Shown here piece by piece: positions 1 to 9,095 of a stretch of DNA of 26,715 nucleotides. Source of the stretch: a virus (taxonomy: Duplodnaviria > Caudoviricetes); the IMG/VR virus record IMGVR_UViG_3300020042_004077, positions 1-26,715 of that record. One strand, given 5' to 3'. The first letter of the stretch is position 1, and each line of letters begins with the position of its first letter. The notes under the pieces were generated by a model. The model ran no database searches and had not been told where the DNA came from. It saw only the letters and a program-made list of their open reading frames with translations. A program made the position numbers and the translations under genes.

Positions 1-3000
1 TTGGCGCAAGCACAAGAAAGCGCAGCGGCTATTGTCCCTACTGCCCAAGCCGTTCAAGCACAGGCAGAGCAAGCTGCCAAGCCACCTACTACACTGCCGT
101 TCGGCATCGCTTCGCCTGAACAGATAGCTGCTGCGATAAACCCAGAAGCCGCCGCTGATGCACAACTGGACGCGCTTACTGCGGCTCCCGCTGCTACCCC
201 ACTAGAAGCCGTTGTCGCTGAAGCCACTGCTCCAGCACAAGATAAACTACCGAACGCAAAAGTAAAAAACGAGACAGACGAACAAAAGGTAATCAGGTAT
301 GACGCTGAGCTTGCGCTTGGTGTAGATTCGGATGGTAAAAAACTTACGCCGGTAGAAATAAAACGTAAAACTGATGCGCTGAAGAAAGCTGAAGAAAGAC
401 TGGGGCCTGAAAATGTCACAATCATACGAGCCAATGCCGCACAGCCTTCTGGAATTGTCCCCGGAGGAGATCAGTCTGGCGCTCCTAGCGCTTCATCAGA
501 ATTGGGACAACCCTCCGGAGAGCCTTCAGCACCTGTCAACGCTGGACTGGATGGTGTTAGAGGGGATGTTGCACCAGCTATTATTCCAGCGGCGGATCAG
601 CAGCCTACATTAAAACAAAGTGAACTAACCTACAACGACGGTAACACATATATTGGGACAACTTTAAACGGCATACCTGAAGGGCAAGGTACTTACACGG
701 AGACTGATGGTAGTAACTATGTTGGAGAATTTAAGGACGGCCAGTTTAACGGTCAAGGAACCTACACTTTTGCAGATGGTTACACGCTAACGGGTGTTTT
801 TGAAAACAGCAAACTACTCAACGGTCAAGGAACTTACACTTCTGAAGATGGCCGCACGCTAACGAGTATTTTTGAAAATGGTGAACTAATTTCAAGGGAG
901 AAGTCAAGTGTCACTCAAGCCATTGAAGCCAAGCAAGCAAAAAAAGAAGGACCGAAAAAAGAACCCGCACCCCCAGTAGATGAAGAGCTTGACGAAGCCG
1001 CTCTACAAGAGGAACTTGATGCTGAACTCGCCGGTACGCCCGCGCCTGTAGCAAAGAAAGACTACGCTGCGACTGAGCGCGTATTTAAAAAAGAACAGAT
1101 GCCGTTTGTAACGGCAAAGGTCGATACACGCGCTGCCATACCCAAGAATATCGACGAGGCGGTCAGCCATGCTGGTGCTGAGACAGCGTTTGATCAGTTC
1201 GATACAGCGTTGGATAGCCTTAAAGAGACTTATGCTGACCAAATAAACGCTGAAAATAAGGCAAATACTGACAGGCATAATGAGAATCAAAGACTCGGCA
1301 TACCGTCTATCAAATCGGAAGATGTAACTATTTACGACATCTTGGGCCGCATGACCCAGAGTGAGCGTGAAGCTGCTCTTGATAAAGTCATAGACGAAAA
1401 TAAACTTAAACCAAAACAACTGGATAAAAAGAAAGTACGGGATACGTTCGTCAAGTCTTTGTCTGAAGCCCAGCAGAAAGCTGTTGAAACCAAGCGTAAA
1501 GAGATTCTTAAAGCAGAAATCAAAGCCGTATCCAAACTAGGTAAGAAGAGTGCCTCCGACATCCGCGAAGCCCGTAAGAAAGCCACCGCTGGCACGACGG
1601 TTGCCACTGCCAAAGTGGGTAAAGCCCAGCCTGTTACGACAAGGAAGGTTGAAGAGAAGAAGGAAAGTGAAAACATAATTGAGCGGGAGACTGTAGCTGC
1701 ACTGCGCTCTGGCAACACCGACACGATCCTGCGGGCTATTAAGACCGGCTACACCGACCCGGCTACCAAGCTGTTTGCAACTCGTATCGAAGCGACTCTT
1801 GGTCAGTTCGGCATGAAGCCGACCGTAGTTGTTGGCAAGGTGACGGATAACCGCCCTGCCATGTATGACCCTGCGACTGAGACGATCACGGTTGACCCTA
1901 CCGCGCCGCGTGACGTATCGCTTGATACTGTTGTACTGCACGAGTACGCTCACTTCATCACTGACCGTGCAGTGGACAACCCACAGAGTTTGACCCCGAT
2001 CCAGAAGATTGCGCTCGATAACCTTAACAAGCTGCACAAACATGTCAAGTCCAAGCTGGGCAAGAAGTACGACATCAAGACCCTTAAAGAGTTTATCGCC
2101 CAGTCGTTTTCTGATTCAGAGTTTGTCGCTGAGATGGCTAAGATTCCTCCGGCTACAACTGTTGTTAAAGTGCCCAACGCGCTGCGTGAGTTTGCTACTC
2201 GTGTGATGCAGCTTCTCGGCATCAAGGGCGACAGCGCATCGAGTCAAGTGCTGGAGAATATCCAGACGATGATCACCGGGCCGGTAAAAGGTATGAAGGC
2301 CAAGGGCGTGTCGTTTATGGCTGAACCCAAAGAGCCGAAGAAGGCGGGGGAATACACAGGCAAGTCCACAGAAGAGTTTATCGCTGGGCAAAGAATCCCT
2401 GATAAACCCAAAGGCTTCCTGTCGTCCATCTTCTCGTGGTTCACCGGCAGCTATACAAAACGTGCCAAAGAGGCGGCGACCAAATACCAGAACGAGCAGT
2501 ACGCAGTAAAAGACCTTCAGCGCCAGCTAAATCGAACGGGCTTGCTTGTGGTGGGGAATGAGGCCGACGCAAACAATATCTACGACGCGTTGTCGCTTGC
2601 GGCGGGTAACTTCCGTAACCTGCAAAACACCTACGTCAACGTCCACTTGAATAAGATCAACGAGATGTTGGTCGATATGGTTAAAAAGACAGGGTTGACG
2701 CTAGATGAAGCAATGCAGCACTTGGCAGCGTACGGTCAGGTCATGCACGAGTCTGAAGTGCGGAAGGTTAAATACCTGAAGAACGTACCGTTGCGTTCGG
2801 ACGACATGGCGAAAAATATAAATTGGTTCGGGAAAATGATTCCCCCTGCCACGGCGCGGGACAATATTTTCGAAGACTTAACTTCTGGCGGGTTTGAAGC
2901 CAAAGCGGAGAGCTTGGGCATGACATCTAAAGACCTAGCCAAGGCATACCGCAAACTGCTTGAAGATATTGTCGCTGACAAGAAGAACCTTGACCCCGGC

Positions 3001-5547
3001 CCGGATAATAAATTTGTCCCGCAGCATGATGTAAACAGCGATAAATACACTGTGCTGGCAGGACTGACCCCCGCAGACGTTAAGAACCATATTGATAACT
3101 TCAATAAAAACCCAGAACAAAAGAAGATAATGGACGCCGTCCTGAAGCAGGTACGCGAGCTATCTGATGTAACTATCATGCTTAACAAGCAGGCCAACTA
3201 CTGGTCGCCGCAGGTAGACAACCTTGTTAATTTCTACGGCTACGAGAACTACGTCACATACAAGGGTAAGCCTATGCAGGAAGAAGACGCGGACTTGTTC
3301 TACGGTGGCGAGCAGCGTCTTGGGAAAGAGTTACAGCAGAGGGAATACACACAGGAGGGCCGCTACACGCTGCCTGATAACCCCATCCTCACTATGATGG
3401 CTGACGCATCGATTGCCGCTGCGCGCTCTGGCCGTAAGGACGTGACTAAGACACTCGATAACCTAGTAAAAACCGGCTTGGTTGCGGGTGAAAGAAAGAT
3501 AGTGCCGTTTGCAGACCGCTACAAACTCAAAGAAGACTCTGAGTTGTACAAGTTGATGAACCGGCAGAACGTGTTCTTCCACTACATGCCTAATGGCGAG
3601 ATCGCCATCATTTCGGTCAAGGACGAGAAACTACGTAACGCGCTTCGTAAGACGTATAAAAACGATAATGCACTGCTAGATACAGTACAGTACCTGACTA
3701 GCCGCATGGGGCAGATGCACACCCGCTTTAACGTAGCGTTCGCGCCCAAGAACTTCGTGCGTGATATGTTGGCTAACGCGTTCAATATCAGTGTTGATAT
3801 GTCTCCCGGCGCTGCGGCTAACTACGTAGGCTCGATTGCGAACTATATAACTTCAAACGGGTTGATAAAGTCTGGGCAGGTAGCCAAAGCGTTTTATGAC
3901 GGTGGAGCGGACCCGGCTAAAAACCCCCGCATCAAAGCCCTGTTAGCTAAGGATAAATCTGGGCACGTCAAAGACTTGGTTGACTACCTGCAAAACGGCG
4001 GTGATATTGCCTACGTCAGTAGCTTTACTTCTAAAGGACAGTTCCGAGATTTATTGGAGCAGGGCCAAGGCCCGCAGGGCACGGTACTCAGAACTAAAGA
4101 GAAGATAGGTAAGCTCTTCGACGTGTATCAGGCTGGCTTTGAATTCACAAGCCGCGCCGCTGCGTTCAAGATTCGCAAAGCCGAAGAGATGGGCAAGCTG
4201 ATGGCGAAAGGTATGAGCCGTGCGGAGGCAGAAAAAGCTGCCAACAAACCCGCCGCTGCTTTTGCCAAGGGTCTGGCCAACTTTGAAGAGAAGGGCTTGA
4301 ACGCTAGAGAGTTAGGCTCATGGTTCATGTTCTTTAGCGCGTCAGCCACGGGCGCGGTGCGGGTTATTGAGCCGCTGGCTCCCGCTATATCGTCTGTCTT
4401 TGGCGGGTATAAGAAGGCGGCAGACCGAGCATGGAGTGAGTTGCCTAAAGAATTGAAAGATAAGGGTGACAAAGAAGAGTTCACTAAGAAGTTTATTGAG
4501 CAAGCCACACGCGGCAAAAATACCGTGGCCGTCATCAGCGGGGTCGGGGCCGCTATGTACTATCTGGCGTACGCCATGACTGGAGAAGATGACTTTGGGC
4601 GCAACCGGGTAGCCACGGATGACATGAGCCGGTGGATGCGGGACGCTAGGTTCTTTGTGGGCGACGGGGTCAATGACATTATCACTATCCCTTGGGGCTT
4701 TGGTATGGGAGCGTTTGCTGCGCTCGGCGCTCAGTTCGCCTCTCTTGGGGTGTCTGATACCAAGTTCACCGATGTCATGGCGAACTCCGTGCCTATCCTC
4801 ATGGACTCGTTCTTGCCGATCCCCATTTCCAAGGGCAGCATAAAAGACAACCCGCTTGAGTTCTTCGTTGACAGTCTGATGCCCGCACCGGTTAGACCCC
4901 TTGTTGAGTTCACTATGAACTACAACTCTCTTGGGCAAGAGATTTACAACAACCGCCAAGGTCCGAACGGCAGTGTTTACACAGGTGGCGACAACGTGCC
5001 AAAGCTGTTCAAGGACGCTTCTGCGTTTATGTTTGAAAACTTTGGGGCGAGGTTCGGGCCTAACGAGATGTATTTCTTCGCCTCAGCGTATGTGGACGCA
5101 TTGTCTAAGGCTGGGGTCGCGGGCTGGAATCTGTTTACCATTGGGACTGAGGGTGACCGTTCAGCGATGGAAAGACTAAAGCAGGACAGCCTACTTTTTA
5201 GCGGCTTTGTCGGAACGCGCTCTGACTACGATGCACGTACGTGGAACAAGATCGAGAAGGATTTGAAAGCCCGCAGTGACATGCTGAGTGAACTGGAAAA
5301 GGCTAACATCACGGCGTACTACGAGTACTTGGCCGACAATCCACTAGACGAATTTCTGGCTGTTCAGTACAAAAAAGACGCTGGCGGGGAGCTTAAAAAG
5401 TTGCGTAGTGAAGGAAACGAAATCCGAACCAACACGGACTACGACTACGCAACCAAACGCGCTTTGCTGGAGATGAATAGAGCAGAGCAGACACTTCTTA
5501 AGAAACAGCTTGTCGATATGTACATAGCGATGGGGTATGAGTTTTAA
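1..5547 (+). CDS. Giant (>1848 aa, N-terminally truncated) polyvalent / putative virion-injected protein: low-complexity N-region, MORN repeats, HExxH zincin-like metallopeptidase, LPD38-like C-terminal region
   Basis: Open frame from the window edge. MORN-type repeats YxGxxxxGxxxGQGTY at ~631-890. LHEYAH at 1936-1953 followed by KEFIAQSF. C-terminal region with F..NF.RD, MFFSASATG, hydrophobic segments and N.LGQEIY typical of phage large polyvalent proteins. Domain names are from motif recognition only. Confidence 0.8.
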   Translation: MAQAQESAAAIVPTAQAVQAQAEQAAKPPTTLPFGIASPEQIAAAINPEAAADAQLDALTAAPAATPLEAVVAEATAPAQDKLPNAKVKNETDEQKVIRYDAELALGVDSDGKKLTPVEIKRKTDALKKAEERLGPENVTIIRANAAQPSGIVPGGDQSGAPSASSELGQPSGEPSAPVNAGLDGVRGDVAPAIIPAADQQPTLKQSELTYNDGNTYIGTTLNGIPEGQGTYTETDGSNYVGEFKDGQFNGQGTYTFADGYTLTGVFENSKLLNGQGTYTSEDGRTLTSIFENGELISREKSSVTQAIEAKQAKKEGPKKEPAPPVDEELDEAALQEELDAELAGTPAPVAKKDYAATERVFKKEQMPFVTAKVDTRAAIPKNIDEAVSHAGAETAFDQFDTALDSLKETYADQINAENKANTDRHNENQRLGIPSIKSEDVTIYDILGRMTQSEREAALDKVIDENKLKPKQLDKKKVRDTFVKSLSEAQQKAVETKRKEILKAEIKAVSKLGKKSASDIREARKKATAGTTVATAKVGKAQPVTTRKVEEKKESENIIERETVAALRSGNTDTILRAIKTGYTDPATKLFATRIEATLGQFGMKPTVVVGKVTDNRPAMYDPATETITVDPTAPRDVSLDTVVLHEYAHFITDRAVDNPQSLTPIQKIALDNLNKLHKHVKSKLGKKYDIKTLKEFIAQSFSDSEFVAEMAKIPPATTVVKVPNALREFATRVMQLLGIKGDSASSQVLENIQTMITGPVKGMKAKGVSFMAEPKEPKKAGEYTGKSTEEFIAGQRIPDKPKGFLSSIFSWFTGSYTKRAKEAATKYQNEQYAVKDLQRQLNRTGLLVVGNEADANNIYDALSLAAGNFRNLQNTYVNVHLNKINEMLVDMVKKTGLTLDEAMQHLAAYGQVMHESEVRKVKYLKNVPLRSDDMAKNINWFGKMIPPATARDNIFEDLTSGGFEAKAESLGMTSKDLAKAYRKLLEDIVADKKNLDPGPDNKFVPQHDVNSDKYTVLAGLTPADVKNHIDNFNKNPEQKKIMDAVLKQVRELSDVTIMLNKQANYWSPQVDNLVNFYGYENYVTYKGKPMQEEDADLFYGGEQRLGKELQQREYTQEGRYTLPDNPILTMMADASIAAARSGRKDVTKTLDNLVKTGLVAGERKIVPFADRYKLKEDSELYKLMNRQNVFFHYMPNGEIAIISVKDEKLRNALRKTYKNDNALLDTVQYLTSRMGQMHTRFNVAFAPKNFVRDMLANAFNISVDMSPGAAANYVGSIANYITSNGLIKSGQVAKAFYDGGADPAKNPRIKALLAKDKSGHVKDLVDYLQNGGDIAYVSSFTSKGQFRDLLEQGQGPQGTVLRTKEKIGKLFDVYQAGFEFTSRAAAFKIRKAEEMGKLMAKGMSRAEAEKAANKPAAAFAKGLANFEEKGLNARELGSWFMFFSASATGAVRVIEPLAPAISSVFGGYKKAADRAWSELPKELKDKGDKEEFTKKFIEQATRGKNTVAVISGVGAAMYYLAYAMTGEDDFGRNRVATDDMSRWMRDARFFVGDGVNDIITIPWGFGMGAFAALGAQFASLGVSDTKFTDVMANSVPILMDSFLPIPISKGSIKDNPLEFFVDSLMPAPVRPLVEFTMNYNSLGQEIYNNRQGPNGSVYTGGDNVPKLFKDASAFMFENFGARFGPNEMYFFASAYVDALSKAGVAGWNLFTIGTEGDRSAMERLKQDSLLFSGFVGTRSDYDARTWNKIEKDLKARSDMLSELEKANITAYYEYLADNPLDEFLAVQYKKDAGGELKKLRSEGNEIRTNTDYDYATKRALLEMNRAEQTLLKKQLVDMYIAMGYEF
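413..613 (+). CDS. Putative nested 66-aa ORF in the +1 frame of the giant gene
   Basis: ATG preceded by GGGG. The Leu-rich helical product (…PPESLQHLSTLDWMVLEGMLHQLL…) looks globular, whereas the host frame here is low-complexity G/P/S/A. Confidence 0.5.
   Translation: MSQSYEPMPHSLLELSPEEISLALLALHQNWDNPPESLQHLSTLDWMVLEGMLHQLLFQRRISSLH
748..891 (+). repeat. Imperfect 72-bp tandem duplication encoding the last two MORN-like repeats
   Basis: aacggtcaaggaacctacacttttgcagatggttacacgctaacgggtgtttttgaaaac (748) vs aacggtcaaggaacttacacttctgaagatggccgcacgctaacgagtatttttgaaaat (820). Confidence 0.9.
908..979 (+). CDS. Putative nested 23-aa basic peptide (MSLKPLKPSKQKKKDRKKNPHPQ) in the +1 frame of the giant gene
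   Basis: AAGGGAG (894-900) lies 7 nt before GTG at 908; TAG at 977-979; same frame as 413-613. Confidence 0.35.
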   Translation: MSLKPLKPSKQKKKDRKKNPHPQ

Positions 5548-5753
5548 GCTACACGCCACACCCTAATTCCCAGATGCCCCTCCCGCTCACAGGTATAAAT
5601 CTTTACCTTGATGCGGGATTTCTTGGCGGCAACGTCCGCCACGTAGGTCATCTGGGCAGGGCGCAGCGTGGGGATAAAGAAACTCTCCCCAACTGCCATG
5701 TAGTCATACGGGAAAATCCACTCAGGTTCCTCCGTCAGCTTCTCCATGTCCAT
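5544..5753 (-). CDS. Small conserved-type phage protein (FPY..M.VGESFF … GIRVWR); start uncertain (5747/5753/5795)
   Basis: Motif typical of small phage proteins; overlaps the primase 3' end; its stop overlaps the convergent giant gene stop. Confidence 0.7.
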   Translation of the reverse strand: MDMEKLTEEPEWIFPYDYMAVGESFFIPTLRPAQMTYVADVAAKKSRIKVKIYTCEREGHLGIRVWRVA

Positions 5754-8598
5754 CGGGGGTAAAGAAAGAATCCGGGATTTGGGTCGCAAAGACATAGGTG
5801 TTCACATTCATATTCTTGTCAAGGATACTCAGGGCTTGCTTCCAGCCAGCGTCCAAGCGGGATTTTTTCACATCGATCAGTATTTTCTTCTCCCGCATGT
5901 TCTGCTCGAATTCCCGTGAACTGACGTTCTTCTCAGTCAGGTACTTCTTGAACTCGGTTGTCGATACAGTAACCAGACCTGTCGCTAGATCAATACGCCC
6001 GACCAGACTCGTCCTCGGCTCCATCGTGACCTTACCGTCGTTGATGCCCAGAATGCCTGTGTAGTATTTATTGATGAAGTCACCGACCAACGACGAATAA
6101 TCAGTCTCGCCAAGGTTCACCACCTTGTCCCGTAGGTTGATCATCTCGCCGCAGACCTTGGAGTAAATGCGCTCTAGGTCATACTCGATGATGCCGAACT
6201 CGTTGGCTACCATTCCACCCGCCATAGTTGCCCCGATGATGTTCTCGTAGAAGCGGTAGATCGCGTCGTTGCCAAAGTCACGCTTGAATCGGGCAATCCA
6301 CTCATCCACCATCTGCTTCAAAGCTACCTCGCCGTGGGTAAAGTAGGCAGGGATAATCTTACGCGCTGCGTGACCGTAGTTGTACTTGAACAGGTCAAAG
6401 ACCTTGGGGCCAAAGCTCGGCTCGTCTATCAATAGCTGTGGCTTCATTACAAGAAACTCGATCATACGTGCCATCTCGCCTGTTGCCATAGAGTTGTTGG
6501 ACATAATCATATCCAGCAGCGGCACGTTACAAGTCATCATGGCAATCGCCGACGCTAAGAGTTCGTGCTCCCGCTCAGCGTTGATCGACCCCTGCATCCT
6601 GATCTTGGCCTTACCCTGCGAGATAGCGTGAACCATCTTGCTTAATTCTTCTAGCTTACGGGTATGCGCTTCATCGACGCCGAACCCTGCGTTCTTCAAA
6701 GTAATGTACCGCTGATTCAAGCCGTTGTTTGTTGCATCAAAGACCGAAATGCCCACAGGATTACACCAGACGCTAAGGTTTGCGTACAGCGCGCCGGTCT
6801 TGCCGTTGCCTGATTTACCTGTGTAACTAACGACCGCGCCCGGTGTAGAAGTCAGGGGCATGAGGGGTGAACCCAGACCGATCAACGTGCCAAACGCGTG
6901 CATCTCCATCGTTGGGCGGTTCAACTGCTGAGCGCATTCGCGCCAGACTTCAAAGCTGCCTTTCGGCTCAAAGTGTTTTGCCACACTGCGAACCATAGGT
7001 GACGCAGGCGTTGGGACGATCTTACCGTTTGCCCTAATTAAACTGTTACCGATGACATACTCTCGGCCCAGTCGCTCATCACCCACCGGCTCCGTCCAGC
7101 CCATCTGCATCTGCATCAACTCGGCTTCTGCCTGAGTCTGCAAGTAATGTCCCCATTTCATTATGTATCCCATGATGTGTTGTAGCTTACCTGCGTTACC
7201 CACGATACCCATAAAGCCGATTGCCTTCTTGAACTCGTCAGACGCGTTCAGGCTTCGGGTAGTAATCATGAAATCGCGTGGCGCGTCTTTAGGCAACAGA
7301 AGACGCATCATTAAAATCTCGCCATCCATCTTGCTGTACATCCGGCGTATCGGGAACAACTCGTGTGGGTAGATCAACTGCGCGTCTAGTATTGTCTTGT
7401 TACCCTTCTTGTCCACCTTTGGCGGCGGCTGGTAGTAAATGCCACCTGTCTCGCCCCTGAAGTATGGGAATAATGCCTGTGGGTGGTCAGGGATTACGTT
7501 TGCTGGAATATCTTCGGGATTCTCGTACTGCCGAACTGCGTCCTCTTTAGGGGCTTGGGCGATTTTGATGATTCGTCCGAGCGCGAGTGGGTTGGTGAAC
7601 TTGCCTTTGTATTTGCAGGTGTCACAGACTCCGGGGTTCTCGTTATCGAAGACTGTGCAGGAATAGGGCTTACCCTGACGGAGTGTTGCCTTTCGTTCCG
7701 TTTCTGCCGCATCGTAGCCGGGATAATCTTCTGATAATTTATGGATAGCCTCGTCGCGGTCGATACAATGCTGTGCAATGGATAGTGTGGCTGTCCAGAG
7801 AGGTTCCGGCAGAGTCGTAGAATTTTCAATTGCCCACTTAATCTGTTCACAGCCGTCTCCTTCAATACTTCTGATAGCGATCTTTTCAAAGGAGGTCTCC
7901 TGATTGTCGAGCTTCATCAACGCCTTGGTGTCCTCGTCCAAACCTTTTGGCAGATTCTTTAGGATTTCTGCTGGCGTCTCTTCTACTATGCCTAAGAACT
8001 CTTTGAACTCATCGAATGAATAGACGGGAAGTTCGTCGCTGATTACTTCGCACTTACTAGGTGGCGTAGTCTTGTAATTAAACGTCTCAGGACAGCGCAT
8101 GATCCGCGCCACGTCCGCTGTAACCACTGGATCGATATGTAAGTCATTCTCAAGACAATACGCTTTAAACTTTTCCGCGTAGGGCTTCCACTCAGCAACG
8201 GGAATGTCTCTATCGAATAGCCAATAGGCATGGACCCCGGTGCCGGAATCGACAATAACGGGGGGCGGTAATTCTGTTCTAGCCAAGAATACCTGTAGGG
8301 CAATATGCGCTTCGGATTTAGATACATAGCCGCGTTTAACTTGTGCCTTTGATACTCCAACATCCAAGTCGATGAAGAATGAACGTAGGAATTGCGCATC
8401 CTCTGCCTTCCTTGAATAACCGTCGAAGGACGCAAGGGCGACGTAGACGTTAGCTTTTTCCAGCGCAAACTGTCTTGCAAGGTTTTCAACATCATCTATG
8501 GACTCCGCGAATCTCTGTGTGGTGCGTTTGTTGTCTATCTTTGCCACACAGTAGACGCCCTGCGAAGGCAATGCTTTCTCGTAAAATTGTTTTATCAT
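5722..8598 (-). CDS. Primase-helicase: N-terminal RepB/AEP-like primase, Cys cluster, C-terminal DUF927-like P-loop helicase
   Basis: FFIDLD, SGTGVHAYW and ARIMRCPETFNYK primase motifs; PYSC…CDTC; Walker A GKSGNGKT; Walker B VDEA. Confidence 0.85.
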   Translation of the reverse strand: MIKQFYEKALPSQGVYCVAKIDNKRTTQRFAESIDDVENLARQFALEKANVYVALASFDGYSRKAEDAQFLRSFFIDLDVGVSKAQVKRGYVSKSEAHIALQVFLARTELPPPVIVDSGTGVHAYWLFDRDIPVAEWKPYAEKFKAYCLENDLHIDPVVTADVARIMRCPETFNYKTTPPSKCEVISDELPVYSFDEFKEFLGIVEETPAEILKNLPKGLDEDTKALMKLDNQETSFEKIAIRSIEGDGCEQIKWAIENSTTLPEPLWTATLSIAQHCIDRDEAIHKLSEDYPGYDAAETERKATLRQGKPYSCTVFDNENPGVCDTCKYKGKFTNPLALGRIIKIAQAPKEDAVRQYENPEDIPANVIPDHPQALFPYFRGETGGIYYQPPPKVDKKGNKTILDAQLIYPHELFPIRRMYSKMDGEILMMRLLLPKDAPRDFMITTRSLNASDEFKKAIGFMGIVGNAGKLQHIMGYIMKWGHYLQTQAEAELMQMQMGWTEPVGDERLGREYVIGNSLIRANGKIVPTPASPMVRSVAKHFEPKGSFEVWRECAQQLNRPTMEMHAFGTLIGLGSPLMPLTSTPGAVVSYTGKSGNGKTGALYANLSVWCNPVGISVFDATNNGLNQRYITLKNAGFGVDEAHTRKLEELSKMVHAISQGKAKIRMQGSINAEREHELLASAIAMMTCNVPLLDMIMSNNSMATGEMARMIEFLVMKPQLLIDEPSFGPKVFDLFKYNYGHAARKIIPAYFTHGEVALKQMVDEWIARFKRDFGNDAIYRFYENIIGATMAGGMVANEFGIIEYDLERIYSKVCGEMINLRDKVVNLGETDYSSLVGDFINKYYTGILGINDGKVTMEPRTSLVGRIDLATGLVTVSTTEFKKYLTEKNVSSREFEQNMREKKILIDVKKSRLDAGWKQALSILDKNMNVNTYVFATQIPDSFFTPDGHGEADGGT

Positions 8599-8608
8599 AT
8601 CCGCAGAG

Positions 8609-8635
8609 ACAAGAAAGGCAGGATTGCTCCTGCCT
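8609..8635 (-). terminator. Intrinsic terminator-like hairpin just upstream of the primase start
   Basis: AGGCAGGA-GCAA-TCCTGCCT (8-bp perfect stem, GNRA loop) followed by TTCTTGT on the - strand. Confidence 0.6.
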
Positions 8636-8646
8636 AGTTAATGGGT

Positions 8647-8771
8647 GGGGTACTCGCTACGTCTGTTATAGCCAAGATATTCGGCAACACCCCCTAGCGA
8701 GGTGCGCTATGACAACTAACAATTCGCACTTATTAATTGTCTGCCTTATTCCACAGCATCCGCTTTTCCCC
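8647..8771 (-). ncRNA. Candidate structured RNA (multi-stem, loop-E-like GAA/AGUA, GNRA loop)
   Basis: GGGG…CCCC closure; nested CUGU/ACAG and GGCA/UGCC stems; 12-bp hairpin GACAAUUAAUAA/UUGUUAGUUGUC with GCGA loop; G-U pairs form only on the - strand. Confidence 0.55.
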
Positions 8772-8772
8772 G

Positions 8773-9087
8773 TTAAATCGTCCTACCAATCATGTCTTCA
8801 ATATAGGCTTTGGCGTCCTTCACTGACTTAGCGGGCAATACTCCTGCCTCCAAGTCTTTCTCTAAAAGCCTGATAAACGCCAAAGCTATATCTTCATTTT
8901 TGCCGCGTAGCACCGCGCCACGAAACCAGTTATGAACAGTAGCGCGAGAAACTTCTACCGCTTCGGCTACGTATTTGGCTGGCAGATTTGCGGTTACACA
9001 AAGCTTAGCCATCCTGTAGCCGATGCGGTAGGTGTCATCCGCACTATCTAACTCACTTAAAAACTTAGTACTGTACGGGCGCGACAT
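8773..9087 (-). CDS. Cro/XRE-like helix-turn-helix protein
   Basis: AKYVAEAVEVSRATVHNWFRG HTH signature; AGGAGA RBS. Confidence 0.75.
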   Translation of the reverse strand: MSRPYSTKFLSELDSADDTYRIGYRMAKLCVTANLPAKYVAEAVEVSRATVHNWFRGAVLRGKNEDIALAFIRLLEKDLEAGVLPAKSVKDAKAYIEDMIGRTI

Positions 9088-9095
9088 GGTTCTCC

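Noticed and set aside
54-5559. Minus-strand ORFs within the giant gene, and + strand ORFs throughout 5574-26256
   Set aside because: Antisense shadows of well-supported genes, with no RBS or motifs
8647-8771. Hammerhead or other known self-cleaving ribozyme
   Set aside because: No CUGANGA/GAAA core, and no twister or pistol consensus that I can recognise
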